The position numbers and the translations under genes were made by a program. Shown one piece after another: positions 9,019 to 18,748 of a stretch of DNA of 64,000 nt. Source of the stretch: an uncultured SAR116 cluster alpha proteobacterium. Lineage in GTDB: Bacteria; Pseudomonadota; Alphaproteobacteria; Puniceispirillales; Marisalimonadaceae. Below the pieces are notes generated by a model. That model was not told the DNA's origin. It made no database searches and worked only from the letters and a program-made list of their open reading frames with translations. Numbering within the stretch: the first letter of the stretch is position 1; each line of letters opens with the position of its first letter. The stretch covers positions 351 through 64,350 of the forward strand of contig CACBVW010000004.1 in the NCBI GenBank assembly GCA_902542765.1, read 5' to 3'.

Positions 9019-10767
9019 TTAAAAAAAGGATTTCTTGTATAAGTTATTTATTTCATCTTTGTAACGATTTGCAATTATATGCCTTCTTATTTTAAGTGTT
9101 GGAGTTAATTGACCATTATCAGTACTAAAAACTTCATTTGAAGAAATAAATTTTCTAATTTTTTTGGTTTGAGATAAATTTTTATTTACATTGTTTAATA
9201 TAGTTTGAAGATTTTCTTTTAAATAATTATCATTATCTTCTAATAAAGTTTCGTTCGGAATAATTATAGCAATTAAAAAGGGTCTGTTATGACCATAAAT
9301 CATTACTTGCTCAATTTCATCATATGACAGTAAAAGATTTTCAATTGGAACAGGAGCTATATTTTCACCACCTGAATTAACAATCATTTCATTCACTCTT
9401 CCAGAAATTTTTAAGTATCCATCATTATCAATTGATCCCAGGTCTCCTGTGTGCAACCAACCATTTATCAAAACTTTATCTGTATTTTTTTTATCCTTCC
9501 AATATCCTTTCATTAAAGAACTTCCCTTTACGAGAATTTCATTTTCACCAGAAATTTTAACCTGAAGCCCGTCTATAACAATGCCCACAGTGTCTATTTT
9601 TATTTTATTTATTGGATTACACGATATAAGTGGTGAACATTCAGTCTGACCGTATCCTTGTAAAATATTAATTCCAAGGGATTGAAAAAACAAACCAACT
9701 TGTTCATTCAGAGCAGCGCCTCCAGAAATAAAAGCTTGTAAATTTCCACCAAACTTTTTCTGAAAGTTTTTTCTTACTAATTTATCTAAAATTATATTTT
9801 GGACTTCTTCTAAAAAACTTAGTTTTATTTTTTTATATTTTTTTGTCCCAAATATAATTGTTTTTTCAAACAGTTTTTGTGAAAATTTACTTTTTGTTAA
9901 TAGTTGATTATTTATTTTCTTATATAAAACTTCATAAAGTCTTGGCACGGCAGTCATTAATGTTGGCTTAACACTTAATAAATCATTTACTATTTGATCA
10001 CGATTTTCATTAAAATAAATTTCTGCTCCAATAAATATAGGCAAGAAAAATCCAGCAGTATGTTCATACGCATGTGATAGTGGAATGATAGATAAAAATT
10101 TATGATCTTTTATTTTGATTTCAGAAACCAACTTATTTGCTCCAAATATATTAGATATAATTGACTTATGAGTTAACATTACACCCTTAGGTTTATTACT
10201 AGTGCCAGATGTATAAATAATTGAAATAACATCATTCTCGTCAATTTTAGAAACAAAACTTTCAATAATTTTAGATTTCACATTACTTTTTGAACCCAGA
10301 GTTAATAACTCATTAAATGTATAAAAACCTACATTAAATTTTTTGAATTTTGATGTATTTATATCGTCAATACAAACTACATGTTTAATTTTATTCAAAC
10401 TTGGTAGTATTTTTAAAATTAGTGATAGAAGTTTTCCATTAACAAAAACTATTGAGGTTTCTGAATGAGATAAGAGATAAGAAATTTCTTCTTCATTACT
10501 TGTTGTATAACCAGGAACAGTTATTGCTCCCAATGATATTGTAGCCAAATCTACAGCGCACCACTTATAACTATTATCAGCAATAATGGATATTTTATCA
10601 TTTTTTTTAACACCTATTTCATGTAAAGCAGAACTTATATTTAGAACTAGATCTTTTGTGTTTTTCCAAGAAAGGTGTTCCCAGTTATTATTTATTTTAA
10701 AACCAAATAGTGTTTTACTCTTATATAATTCTGAATTGTTAAAGAAAATCTGTGGTAAATTATTCAT
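9019..10767 (-). CDS. long-chain fatty acid--CoA ligase (AMP-dependent synthetase)
   Basis: IIYTSGTS..PKGVML, GYGQTEC, WLHTGDLG, SGGENIAP, LTPTLKIRR. Confidence 0.92.
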   Translation of the reverse strand: MNNLPQIFFNNSELYKSKTLFGFKINNNWEHLSWKNTKDLVLNISSALHEIGVKKNDKISIIADNSYKWCAVDLATISLGAITVPGYTTSNEEEISYLLSHSETSIVFVNGKLLSLILKILPSLNKIKHVVCIDDINTSKFKKFNVGFYTFNELLTLGSKSNVKSKIIESFVSKIDENDVISIIYTSGTSNKPKGVMLTHKSIISNIFGANKLVSEIKIKDHKFLSIIPLSHAYEHTAGFFLPIFIGAEIYFNENRDQIVNDLLSVKPTLMTAVPRLYEVLYKKINNQLLTKSKFSQKLFEKTIIFGTKKYKKIKLSFLEEVQNIILDKLVRKNFQKKFGGNLQAFISGGAALNEQVGLFFQSLGINILQGYGQTECSPLISCNPINKIKIDTVGIVIDGLQVKISGENEILVKGSSLMKGYWKDKKNTDKVLINGWLHTGDLGSIDNDGYLKISGRVNEMIVNSGGENIAPVPIENLLLSYDEIEQVMIYGHNRPFLIAIIIPNETLLEDNDNYLKENLQTILNNVNKNLSQTKKIRKFISSNEVFSTDNGQLTPTLKIRRHIIANRYKDEINNLYKKSFF

Positions 10768-10902
10768 AAATTAAACCATTATAATGATATAATTATATAA
10801 GCATAAATAGCTAAATATTAATATTGATTATTTTAATATTTACTGTTTTTTTTAATAAAATTATAGATTAATAGTAATATTAAAAGTTAAGGAGTTTTCA
10901 AA

Positions 10903-11871
10903 ATAATTTTTAAATATGTTATCCCTTTTATAATACTTTTTAGTTTAACTTTAATAATATCTATGAATACAAATCAGATAAAATTTTCGAGCGATTTTAA
11001 TCCAAATTTTATCGGATCAAATATAAATGAATATTTAAAACAAACAGAAGAGCAATTTTCAGACATCAAAGAAGGAGTAGCAAAAAAAGTCATATGGGCT
11101 AAGGAAAAAAACAAAAAAACACCAATCGCAATAGTTTATATCCATGGCTTTACAGCGTCCTCAGAAGAGGTTCGCCCTCTTCCTGACAAAATTGCTGGTG
11201 ATTTAAATGCTAATCTTTTTTTTACAAGATTAACAGGGCACGGAAGAAATCCAAAGGCAATGGAATTATGTTCAATTCCAAATTGGATGAAAGACCTTCA
11301 CGAGGCAATAGAAATTGGTTCAAAAATTGGAGAAAAAGTTGTTTTAATGTCCTCTTCAACTGGTGGAACGATTAGTGTAACTTCTGCTCTAGATAAAAAA
11401 CTTTCAAATAAAATTTTAGGATATATATTTATATCACCAAATTTTGGAATAAATAACAAATTTGCTAGTTTTATTTCATGGCCATTTTCTGAATATTGGT
11501 TAAAATTAATTCTTGGTAAGACAATGAAACACAATCCAAGAAATGATCTCAACAAAAAATATTGGACAATGTCATATCCAACAAATGCTCTTATTCCAAT
11601 GGCAAAGCTAGTAAATGAAGTAAATGACAAGGATTATAGTAAAGTAGATAAACCTGCGCTTTTTTATTTTTCAATGGACGACAAAGTGGTTAATCCTAAA
11701 AAAATTAAAAAATTTATATCTAATTGGGGTGGAAAAAGCACAATAAAAATCGTTAAACTTTCAAATAAAGATGATAAATATTCACATGTGTTAGCTGGTG
11801 ATATTATTTCTCCAAATCAAACTGATCATGCAAAAAAAACAATGGTAAATTGGATTAAAAATTTGAAATAA
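10903..11871 (+). CDS. alpha/beta hydrolase (esterase/lysophospholipase-like), probable N-terminal membrane anchor; first ATG at 10963
   Basis: YIHGFT, RLTGHG, S-S-S-T-G nucleophile elbow, DDKVV, HVLAG; frame open upstream to an ATA/ATT after TAAGGAG (start uncertain, see findings). Confidence 0.8.
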   Translation: MIFKYVIPFIILFSLTLIISMNTNQIKFSSDFNPNFIGSNINEYLKQTEEQFSDIKEGVAKKVIWAKEKNKKTPIAIVYIHGFTASSEEVRPLPDKIAGDLNANLFFTRLTGHGRNPKAMELCSIPNWMKDLHEAIEIGSKIGEKVVLMSSSTGGTISVTSALDKKLSNKILGYIFISPNFGINNKFASFISWPFSEYWLKLILGKTMKHNPRNDLNKKYWTMSYPTNALIPMAKLVNEVNDKDYSKVDKPALFYFSMDDKVVNPKKIKKFISNWGGKSTIKIVKLSNKDDKYSHVLAGDIISPNQTDHAKKTMVNWIKNLK

Positions 11872-11886
11872 AGCTGAATTTTTCTT

Positions 11887-12369
11887 TTAATTTGTATATG
11901 GAATAGATGAATGGTGTAGGTTAATTAACAAGTTTTTATCATTATCTTTAACATAACCAAAAGTAAATTCTACTTTAACCTCATCGCCACCATCAATACC
12001 TTGAAAAAAGTAATTTCCCATTGATAAAGCTAACTCCTTCAGAATAATTATTTTTCTTTCGGCAAAATTTATTTTTTTCCACGGCTTTAATGCAAAACCT
12101 TTATCTTCTGAGATATTACCACCAATGAAATAAGATAAGGCGTCATCATAAGAATAACGAAATTGTTTTTCTGACGCTAATGTAGGCTTAAATAATACTT
12201 CACCTACATCAAAAGCATAAAATTGTTTAACAAAAATACTCGCTCTTGATTTATAATCTTTGTTTTTTGTATATAAATTTCCGATTTCAATAACATTTTG
12301 AGCCCATAACTCTTGAGCTTTAATAACTTCTAATTCAGTTATATTAATTTTTTCTGGGATATTTTTCAT
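11887..12369 (-). CDS. COG4337-like iota-class carbonic anhydrase (NTF2-like fold)
   Basis: LFKPTLA, ALSYF, EDKGFALKPW, MGNYFF, FTFGY and C-terminal HHSSIPY. Confidence 0.75.
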   Translation of the reverse strand: MKNIPEKINITELEVIKAQELWAQNVIEIGNLYTKNKDYKSRASIFVKQFYAFDVGEVLFKPTLASEKQFRYSYDDALSYFIGGNISEDKGFALKPWKKINFAERKIIILKELALSMGNYFFQGIDGGDEVKVEFTFGYVKDNDKNLLINLHHSSIPYTN

Positions 12370-12394
12370 AATGATAAATTTATTAGTATTAAGA

Positions 12395-12469
12395 TGGTGA
12401 TCCCTAGGGGATTCGAACCCCTATTGCAGCCGTGAAAGGGCTGAGTCCTAACCATTAGACGAAGGGACC
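12395..12469 (-). tRNA. tRNA-Glu(UUC) with encoded CCA
   Basis: Minus strand GGTCCCT TCGTCTAATGGTTAGGACT CAGCC CT-TTC-AC GGCTG CAAT AGGGG TTCGAAT CCCCT AGGGATC A CCA; full cloverleaf, 75 nt. Confidence 0.97.
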
Positions 12470-12503
12470 ACTGGTTTGTTATTAACTATAATTTAATTAA
12501 AAA

Positions 12504-14309
12504 TCAAGTAACATCTGCATAAATTATATCATCAAGCATAAACTCAATAGTTTTAGAATTATTCCATGTATCAATAGATAAAGTACCTAAAAAATCGAAA
12601 TTTATATTTTCGTAATTTGCAAAAACTTTATCCAAATCACTATTTAATAAATTAAATTTTTTTACTCTTAGTTTTTTTGATGAACCATCATTTATATAAA
12701 ATGAAGCATGCTCATTATTAGAGCCAAATCTTCTAAAAGAAGATATCTTAGAATTAGGTACTATAAATTTTGGCTCCTCCATTCCCGAACCCCACGGACC
12801 CAAATTTTCAAGCCATTCAGCTATCTCTAAAGTACAGGCAGAAATTGGAATAACAGAAGTTACAATATGAGAAAATCTTGGAACTCCCTTTTCCATAAAA
12901 GAACTTACCTTATCATTTAAAAAGTTGTTAAAGTTATTTATCTCTGATGGATCAATTGTAAATCCAGCAGCCATATCATGACCGCCACCAGTTTTAATTA
13001 TTTTCAAATTTAATGCTTCTAAAATTATTTCTCCTAGAGGAATGCCATAAATTGACCTACCTGAACCCTTGCCAATTCCATCTTTAACTGAAATTAGGCA
13101 TACCGGTCGGTTATATAATTCTTTCATTCTACCAGCTACGATGCCCGTTATACCTTGATGAAAATCATTGCCATTTACCACTATTGCGTTAGGAATTCTG
13201 TTATCATTATTATTTTTAATTTTTTCAATTAATCCTATGGCTTTACTCTCTAATTCAGCCGTTAAAAATCTTCTTTTTTTGTTTAATTCATCTAATTTGC
13301 TAGCTTTTTCAACAGCTTTACTTTCATCATTTTCTTTAAGAAGATTTACACCAAGTTCACTGTTTCCAATCCTACCACCTGCATTAATTCTTGGACCCAA
13401 AGAGAAACCTAAAGATTGGGTATTAGGTGCACTATTGATTTTACTAATATCAGATAAAACTTTGATCCCAATATTCTCTCTTCTTTTCATTATGTTAAGT
13501 CCTTGCTTTACAAGGGCCCTATTTAGCTTACTTAAAGGAACCACATCACAAACTGTCCCTAAAGCAACCAAATCAAGAAATTGAAACAAATTAGGTTCAG
13601 CTCTATTTTTAAAAAAACCTTGTTTTCTTAATTCTCTATTCAAACCAATTAAGAAAATAAAAGTTACACCTGCCGCACACAAATCTTCATATCCTTTTTC
13701 AGTATCAATTCTTTTTGGATTAATAATAGCATATGCTGGAGGCAATTTAATATCGGGTATGTGATGATCAATAACAATTACATCAATGTCAACAGAGGTC
13801 ATTGCTTGAAGAGGCTCAAAAGAAGAAATACCACAATCAACAGTAACTATTAATTTAGAACCTTTTTTATGCAGCCCTTTTAAAGCTTTTTCATTTGGCC
13901 CATATCCCTCTAAAAACCTATCTGGTATATGTATAAATGTTTCACAGCCACATTGTTCTAAATATTTTGATATAATAGCCGCAGAAGTAGCTCCATCTAC
14001 GTCATAATCACCGAAAATACCTATAGGTCGCGATTCAATTACTTCAGAAGCTAATCTTTTTACTCCTTTTTCTAAATCTTTAAATTTAAATGGCTCTGGC
14101 AATAAATTTTTAAGCTTAGGAGCAAAAAAATTATCAAATTCATCTAAATTAACGCCCTTATACATAAGATAAGGTGTAATAAAACTTGGCAACTTATATT
14201 TTTGGTACAAATAATCTACAGATCTTTTCATAAAATCATTTGAAACAATTAAATGCCAGTCTGCATTATTTACTGATGAATTTGAGTTATATAATAATGT
14301 TTTTGTCAC
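12504..14309 (-). CDS. recJ: ssDNA-specific exonuclease RecJ
   Basis: GDYDVDG, TVDCG, DHH, GTVCDVV, GPRINAGGR, GSGRS, GGH. Confidence 0.96.
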   Translation of the reverse strand: MTKTLLYNSNSSVNNADWHLIVSNDFMKRSVDYLYQKYKLPSFITPYLMYKGVNLDEFDNFFAPKLKNLLPEPFKFKDLEKGVKRLASEVIESRPIGIFGDYDVDGATSAAIISKYLEQCGCETFIHIPDRFLEGYGPNEKALKGLHKKGSKLIVTVDCGISSFEPLQAMTSVDIDVIVIDHHIPDIKLPPAYAIINPKRIDTEKGYEDLCAAGVTFIFLIGLNRELRKQGFFKNRAEPNLFQFLDLVALGTVCDVVPLSKLNRALVKQGLNIMKRRENIGIKVLSDISKINSAPNTQSLGFSLGPRINAGGRIGNSELGVNLLKENDESKAVEKASKLDELNKKRRFLTAELESKAIGLIEKIKNNNDNRIPNAIVVNGNDFHQGITGIVAGRMKELYNRPVCLISVKDGIGKGSGRSIYGIPLGEIILEALNLKIIKTGGGHDMAAGFTIDPSEINNFNNFLNDKVSSFMEKGVPRFSHIVTSVIPISACTLEIAEWLENLGPWGSGMEEPKFIVPNSKISSFRRFGSNNEHASFYINDGSSKKLRVKKFNLLNSDLDKVFANYENINFDFLGTLSIDTWNNSKTIEFMLDDIIYADVT

Positions 14310-14327
14310 GTTAACTGCTTATAATTA

Positions 14328-15623
14328 TTAGGAATAAATACTTAAGCAAACAGGCTTTGTAATTACTCCATCCAATATTGATATTTTTGATAAAGAAGCG
14401 TTTAGCACAAAACCTTCAGCCTCATGAGTAATAATCACTAATTCAGCAGTTTTGTCTTCTTGATTAGATTTTTGAATAAAGCTTTCAATTGACAAACCAT
14501 AATCTTTAAAAATTGATGTAACATCAGCTAACACACCAGACTTGTCTACTACATTCAATCTCAAGTAATACCTAAATTTATTTGTATAAGGTATTGTATT
14601 ATAGTTGTTTTTAATGTCATTTGAATTTCTTCCAAATGAAAATAACTTTGTTTCATTAGCATAATCAACTATATCTGCCAAAACAGCAGATGCGGTAGGT
14701 TCTCCACCAGCCCCAGCACCTGTAATCATTACAGAGCCAGCTAGGCTTGACTCAATTTGAACAGCATTTAGCACCCCAGAAACACTTGCAAGGCCAAGAT
14801 TTTTTGATATAAGCCATGGCTCAACAGAACAACACAACTCATCTTCACCATTTTTATTTTTTGATAACATGGAATTACCTAATAACTTTATTTTATATCC
14901 TAATTGATTGCAGTATGAAATATCATTTAATGTAATATCCCTAATTCCCTTAATTGTAAGATTATTAACATTTGGCATTTTCCCATAGGCTAAAGCTGAT
15001 AATATTATTGTTTTGTGGGCTGCATCTATTCCATCTACATCAAAAGATGGATCTGCTTCTGCAAAACCTTTTTTTTGTGCCTCTTTGAGAACAATATCAA
15101 AACTTTTTTGTTCTTTTTCCATCTCGGATAAAATATAATTTGCAGTTCCATTTAAAATACCTGTGAGTTTAGTAATTTCATTTACTATTAATCCTTCTCT
15201 AATGAGTTTAAGAATTGGAATGCCCCCTGCTACAGAAGCTTCAAAAGAAAAGAATAGATTTCTTTCCTCGGCTATTTCGGCTAATTCATTACCATATTTT
15301 GCAATTAGTGCCTTATTAGCAGTAATAACTGCCTTTTTATTTTTTAAAGCAGAAAAGCATAAATCTTTTGCAACACCCTCATCACCACCAATTAATTCTA
15401 CAATTACATCAATTTTATTGTCTGACACCATATCTATAGGATTTTCAAAAAATTTAAGATGATTTATATCAATTTTTCTTTTTTTGTTTTTTGATCTTGC
15501 TGAAACAGCCACTAGTTCAATTTGGAATAAATTTTTTTGGACTCTAAAACCTTTTATTAACTGATAAGCAACTTCTTCACCAACATTTCCTAGCCCTGCT
15601 ATTCCTATTTTTATAGGTTTCAT
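14328..15623 (-). CDS. hom: homoserine dehydrogenase with C-terminal ACT domain
   Basis: GLGNVG, TANKA, EASVAGGIP, GILNGT, GFAEADP, GAGAGG.PTASAV. Confidence 0.96.
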   Translation of the reverse strand: MKPIKIGIAGLGNVGEEVAYQLIKGFRVQKNLFQIELVAVSARSKNKKRKIDINHLKFFENPIDMVSDNKIDVIVELIGGDEGVAKDLCFSALKNKKAVITANKALIAKYGNELAEIAEERNLFFSFEASVAGGIPILKLIREGLIVNEITKLTGILNGTANYILSEMEKEQKSFDIVLKEAQKKGFAEADPSFDVDGIDAAHKTIILSALAYGKMPNVNNLTIKGIRDITLNDISYCNQLGYKIKLLGNSMLSKNKNGEDELCCSVEPWLISKNLGLASVSGVLNAVQIESSLAGSVMITGAGAGGEPTASAVLADIVDYANETKLFSFGRNSNDIKNNYNTIPYTNKFRYYLRLNVVDKSGVLADVTSIFKDYGLSIESFIQKSNQEDKTAELVIITHEAEGFVLNASLSKISILDGVITKPVCLSIYS

Positions 15624-15676
15624 TAAATTTCCTTCTCATTAAAAATAACAAAATATTTATAAATTATTTTTAAGAT

Positions 15677-15703
15677 AAAAAAAAGGTGTGCATTGCACAC
15701 CTT
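15677..15703 (-). terminator. intrinsic terminator of rplM-rpsI
   Basis: Minus strand AAGGTGTGCA-A-TGCACACCTT hairpin running into a T tract, 25 nt after the rpsI stop. Confidence 0.88.
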
Positions 15704-15728
15704 GTAAATTAAATAAGCATGCTCATTT

Positions 15729-16217
15729 CTATCTTTTAGAAAATTGAAAGCTTTTTCTAGCCTTAGCTCTACCATACTTTTTGCGCTCAACAACTCTAGA
15801 ATCTCTGGTTAACATTCCAGCAGATTTTAATGGCTTTCTAAGATCCGGCTCAAAAAGACATAAAGCTCTGCTCAGACCGTGTTTAACAGCTCCTGCCTGT
15901 CCAGATAAACCGCCACCTTTTACAGTTGCAATAACGTCAAACTGATCTTTTCTTTCAGTTACATCAAAAACGAAATTCAATTGCATTTGAAGAACTGGCC
16001 TAGCAAAATAATTTACCATTTCTTTACCATTAATAGAAATCTTTCCTGTACCACGTTTTACCCAGACACGAGCAGTAGATTCCTTTCTTCTTCCAGTAGC
16101 ATAAGACCTACCAAGCGTGTCAATTTTTGGTTCATTAAGATTAGCTTCTTCTTTATCGTCAACTTTCAATTTAGATAAATCATCAAGACTATTTGTTTCT
16201 TTATTTTCTTCAGCCAT
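15729..16217 (-). CDS. rpsI: 30S ribosomal protein S9
   Basis: [35 protein letters not shown]. Confidence 0.98.
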   Translation of the reverse strand: MAEENKETNSLDDLSKLKVDDKEEANLNEPKIDTLGRSYATGRRKESTARVWVKRGTGKISINGKEMVNYFARPVLQMQLNFVFDVTERKDQFDVIATVKGGGLSGQAGAVKHGLSRALCLFEPDLRKPLKSAGMLTRDSRVVERKKYGRAKARKSFQFSKR

Positions 16218-16227
16218 GTTTAAACCT

Positions 16228-16692
16228 TTAACTATTTTTTCTATTCATAGATTTTACATCTAAAGTTACTGGAGATTGAGCTTCATGGGGATGATTATTG
16301 CCAGAATATATATATAATTGCCTCATATGTTGACGTCCAAGTGGACCACGAGGAACCATTCTTTCTACAGCTTTGCGAATAACTCTATCTGGAAATCTTC
16401 CATCTAAAATTTTATCAGCTTTTCTTTCTTTTATACCTCCAGGGTAACCTGTATGCCAATAATATGTTTTTTGTGTTCTTTTGTTTCCAGTTAAAACAAC
16501 TTTTTCACAATTAATAACAATTATATTATCACCACAAGCCATATGTGGAGTGTATCCAACCTTGTGTTTGCCTCTTAATCTATTAGCAATAATAACAGCC
16601 AAGCGTCCTAAGACCAACCCTTCTGCATCTACAACAAACCAATCTTTTTTAATATCTTTTGGTTTAGCTGAATAAGTACCTTTTAAGGCCAT
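16228..16692 (-). CDS. rplM: 50S ribosomal protein L13
   Basis: [37 protein letters not shown]. Confidence 0.98.
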   Translation of the reverse strand: MALKGTYSAKPKDIKKDWFVVDAEGLVLGRLAVIIANRLRGKHKVGYTPHMACGDNIIVINCEKVVLTGNKRTQKTYYWHTGYPGGIKERKADKILDGRFPDRVIRKAVERMVPRGPLGRQHMRQLYIYSGNNHPHEAQSPVTLDVKSMNRKNS

Positions 16693-16734
16693 TACATCTT
16701 CCTTTAATGAAAATTTATTAATAAAATTTACGGT

Positions 16735-16763
16735 TACTTAACCTTTTTATCTTTAACAGTCAA
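16735..16763 (-). promoter_or_regulatory. candidate sigma70 promoter of rplM
   Basis: Minus strand TTGACT-N17-TAAGTA ending 43 nt before the ATG; AT-rich background lowers certainty. Confidence 0.5.
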
Positions 16764-16922
16764 TTAAAAAGTTCTTGTTATTTTGCAATAATTTCAATTA
16801 CTTAATTTATTGAGTATTATAATACCACATAATAACAGTGGATAAAGAAATATAGATTAAATCAATAAAAAATATTAGTATTATTTGGTATAACGTTAAT
16901 ACAATTATAGATGAGCAAATAA

Positions 16923-17945
16923 ATGAATTATGATTTGGATTTTAAAAACATTTTAAAAATTGTTACAGATGGAAAAGAATTAAGTTATCAATTAAGTAAA
17001 TCAGCATTTGAGATAATTATGTCTGGAAAAGCAACTGATGCTCAAATTTCATCTTTTTTAACAGCTATCAAAATGCAAAACCATAATCCAACTGTTATTG
17101 CAGCAGGAGCAGAAATTCTCAGGGATAAATGTTCAAAAATTAAATCTAAAGAAAATACTATTGATGTTGTAGGAACTGGAGGAGACAATTTAGGTACATT
17201 AAATATATCAACTGCTGTTTCATTTGTATTGGCAGGAACTAATATTCCCGTTGCTAAACACGGAAACTATTCTGCTACCTCTAAATCTGGAGCAGCAAAT
17301 GTTTTAAAATCTCTCTCAGTCAATATCGATTGTGACCTTGATATCGTAGAAAGATGTTTGGACGAAATTGGTATTTGTTTTCTTCTTGCTCCAAAACATC
17401 ATATTGCAATGAAATATGTTGGTAAAATAAGACAAGAAATGGGCATAAGAACTATTTTTAATTTATTAGGACCTTTATCCAACCCAGCTTTAGTTAAGAA
17501 ACAATTATTAGGTGTTTATGATAAATCTCTTATTTTACCATTTGCTGAGTCTTTAAAAACTCTCGGATCCACTCATGCATGGATAGTCCATGGCAGTGAT
17601 GGATTAGATGAAGTAACAATAACCGGAAAGACTTATTGTGCTGAACTTAAAAATGGAGAAATAAAGGAGTTTTCAATAAGTCCATCGGACATTGATCTTC
17701 CCACCGCTAAAATATCTGATATTGTTGGTGGAGAACCAGAAGAAAATGCTAAAGAAATTATTCAATTATTTAATGGTAAAAAAAGTAAGTTTAGAGATGT
17801 GGTTATTTTAAACTCTGCTTCTGCTTTAGTTGCAACAGGCAATGCAATCAATCTTCAAGAAGGTGCGTTAAAATCCATAGAATCATTAGACAAAGGTAAA
17901 GCTATGGAAAAATTAGAAATGTTAATAGAAATGACTAATTTGTAG
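16923..17945 (+). CDS. trpD: anthranilate phosphoribosyltransferase
   Basis: DVVGTGGD, NIST, AKHGN, RTIFNLLGPL.NP, DGLDE. Confidence 0.97.
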   Translation: MNYDLDFKNILKIVTDGKELSYQLSKSAFEIIMSGKATDAQISSFLTAIKMQNHNPTVIAAGAEILRDKCSKIKSKENTIDVVGTGGDNLGTLNISTAVSFVLAGTNIPVAKHGNYSATSKSGAANVLKSLSVNIDCDLDIVERCLDEIGICFLLAPKHHIAMKYVGKIRQEMGIRTIFNLLGPLSNPALVKKQLLGVYDKSLILPFAESLKTLGSTHAWIVHGSDGLDEVTITGKTYCAELKNGEIKEFSISPSDIDLPTAKISDIVGGEPEENAKEIIQLFNGKKSKFRDVVILNSASALVATGNAINLQEGALKSIESLDKGKAMEKLEMLIEMTNL

Positions 17946-17959
17946 GATTATAAATTAAA

Positions 17960-18748
17960 ATGATAACAAAACTTCAAGAAATCATAAACTATAAGAAAGA
18001 AGAATTTTCTTTTAGAAGAAATCAAACAAATGACTTTGATCTCCAATCAAAAATTGACAAACAATCAAAACCAAGAAAATTTATAGAAAACCTTAATAAT
18101 CCAAAAAAATTAAACCTTATAGCAGAAATAAAAAAAGCATCGCCAAGCAAAGGATTAATAAGAAAAGATTTTGATCCATTAGAGCTAGCAAAATGTTATC
18201 AAGATGGAGGTGCCTCTTGTTTATCTGTTTTAACCGATGAGAAATATTTCCAAGGCAATAATGAATACATTGATATTATAAAAAAAGAAATTGATTTACC
18301 AATTCTGAGAAAAGATTTTATAGTTGATCCTTGGCAGATAAAAGAATCTAGATCATTAGGTGCTGATTGTATATTATTAATAATGGCAGCACTTAATTTA
18401 GAAGAAGCAATCTTATTAGAAAAAGAGGCTTTAGATTTAGGTATGGATGTGCTTGTTGAGACACATACTCACGAAGAAATTAAGATGGCAAACAAACTTA
18501 AATCAAAATTAGTTGGCGTTAATAATCGAAATTTAAAAACAATGAAAGTAGATATTAGCAATACTATAAAATTAAAAAAATTTATTGATCCAGATAAAAT
18601 TATTGTAGCAGAGAGTGGATTAAAAAAACACACAGATCTTCAGTTGTTTAAAGAAAATGGGATAATAAATTTTTTAATTGGAGAAAGCCTTATGAAAGAA
18701 AAAAATTTAACTTTAGCAACAAAAACAATATTAGGAATTAAAAATTGA
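17960..18748 (+). CDS. trpC: indole-3-glycerol-phosphate synthase
   Basis: IAEIKKASPSKG, LSVLTD, LRKDF, GVNNRNL, AESG. Confidence 0.97.
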   Translation: MITKLQEIINYKKEEFSFRRNQTNDFDLQSKIDKQSKPRKFIENLNNPKKLNLIAEIKKASPSKGLIRKDFDPLELAKCYQDGGASCLSVLTDEKYFQGNNEYIDIIKKEIDLPILRKDFIVDPWQIKESRSLGADCILLIMAALNLEEAILLEKEALDLGMDVLVETHTHEEIKMANKLKSKLVGVNNRNLKTMKVDISNTIKLKKFIDPDKIIVAESGLKKHTDLQLFKENGIINFLIGESLMKEKNLTLATKTILGIKN

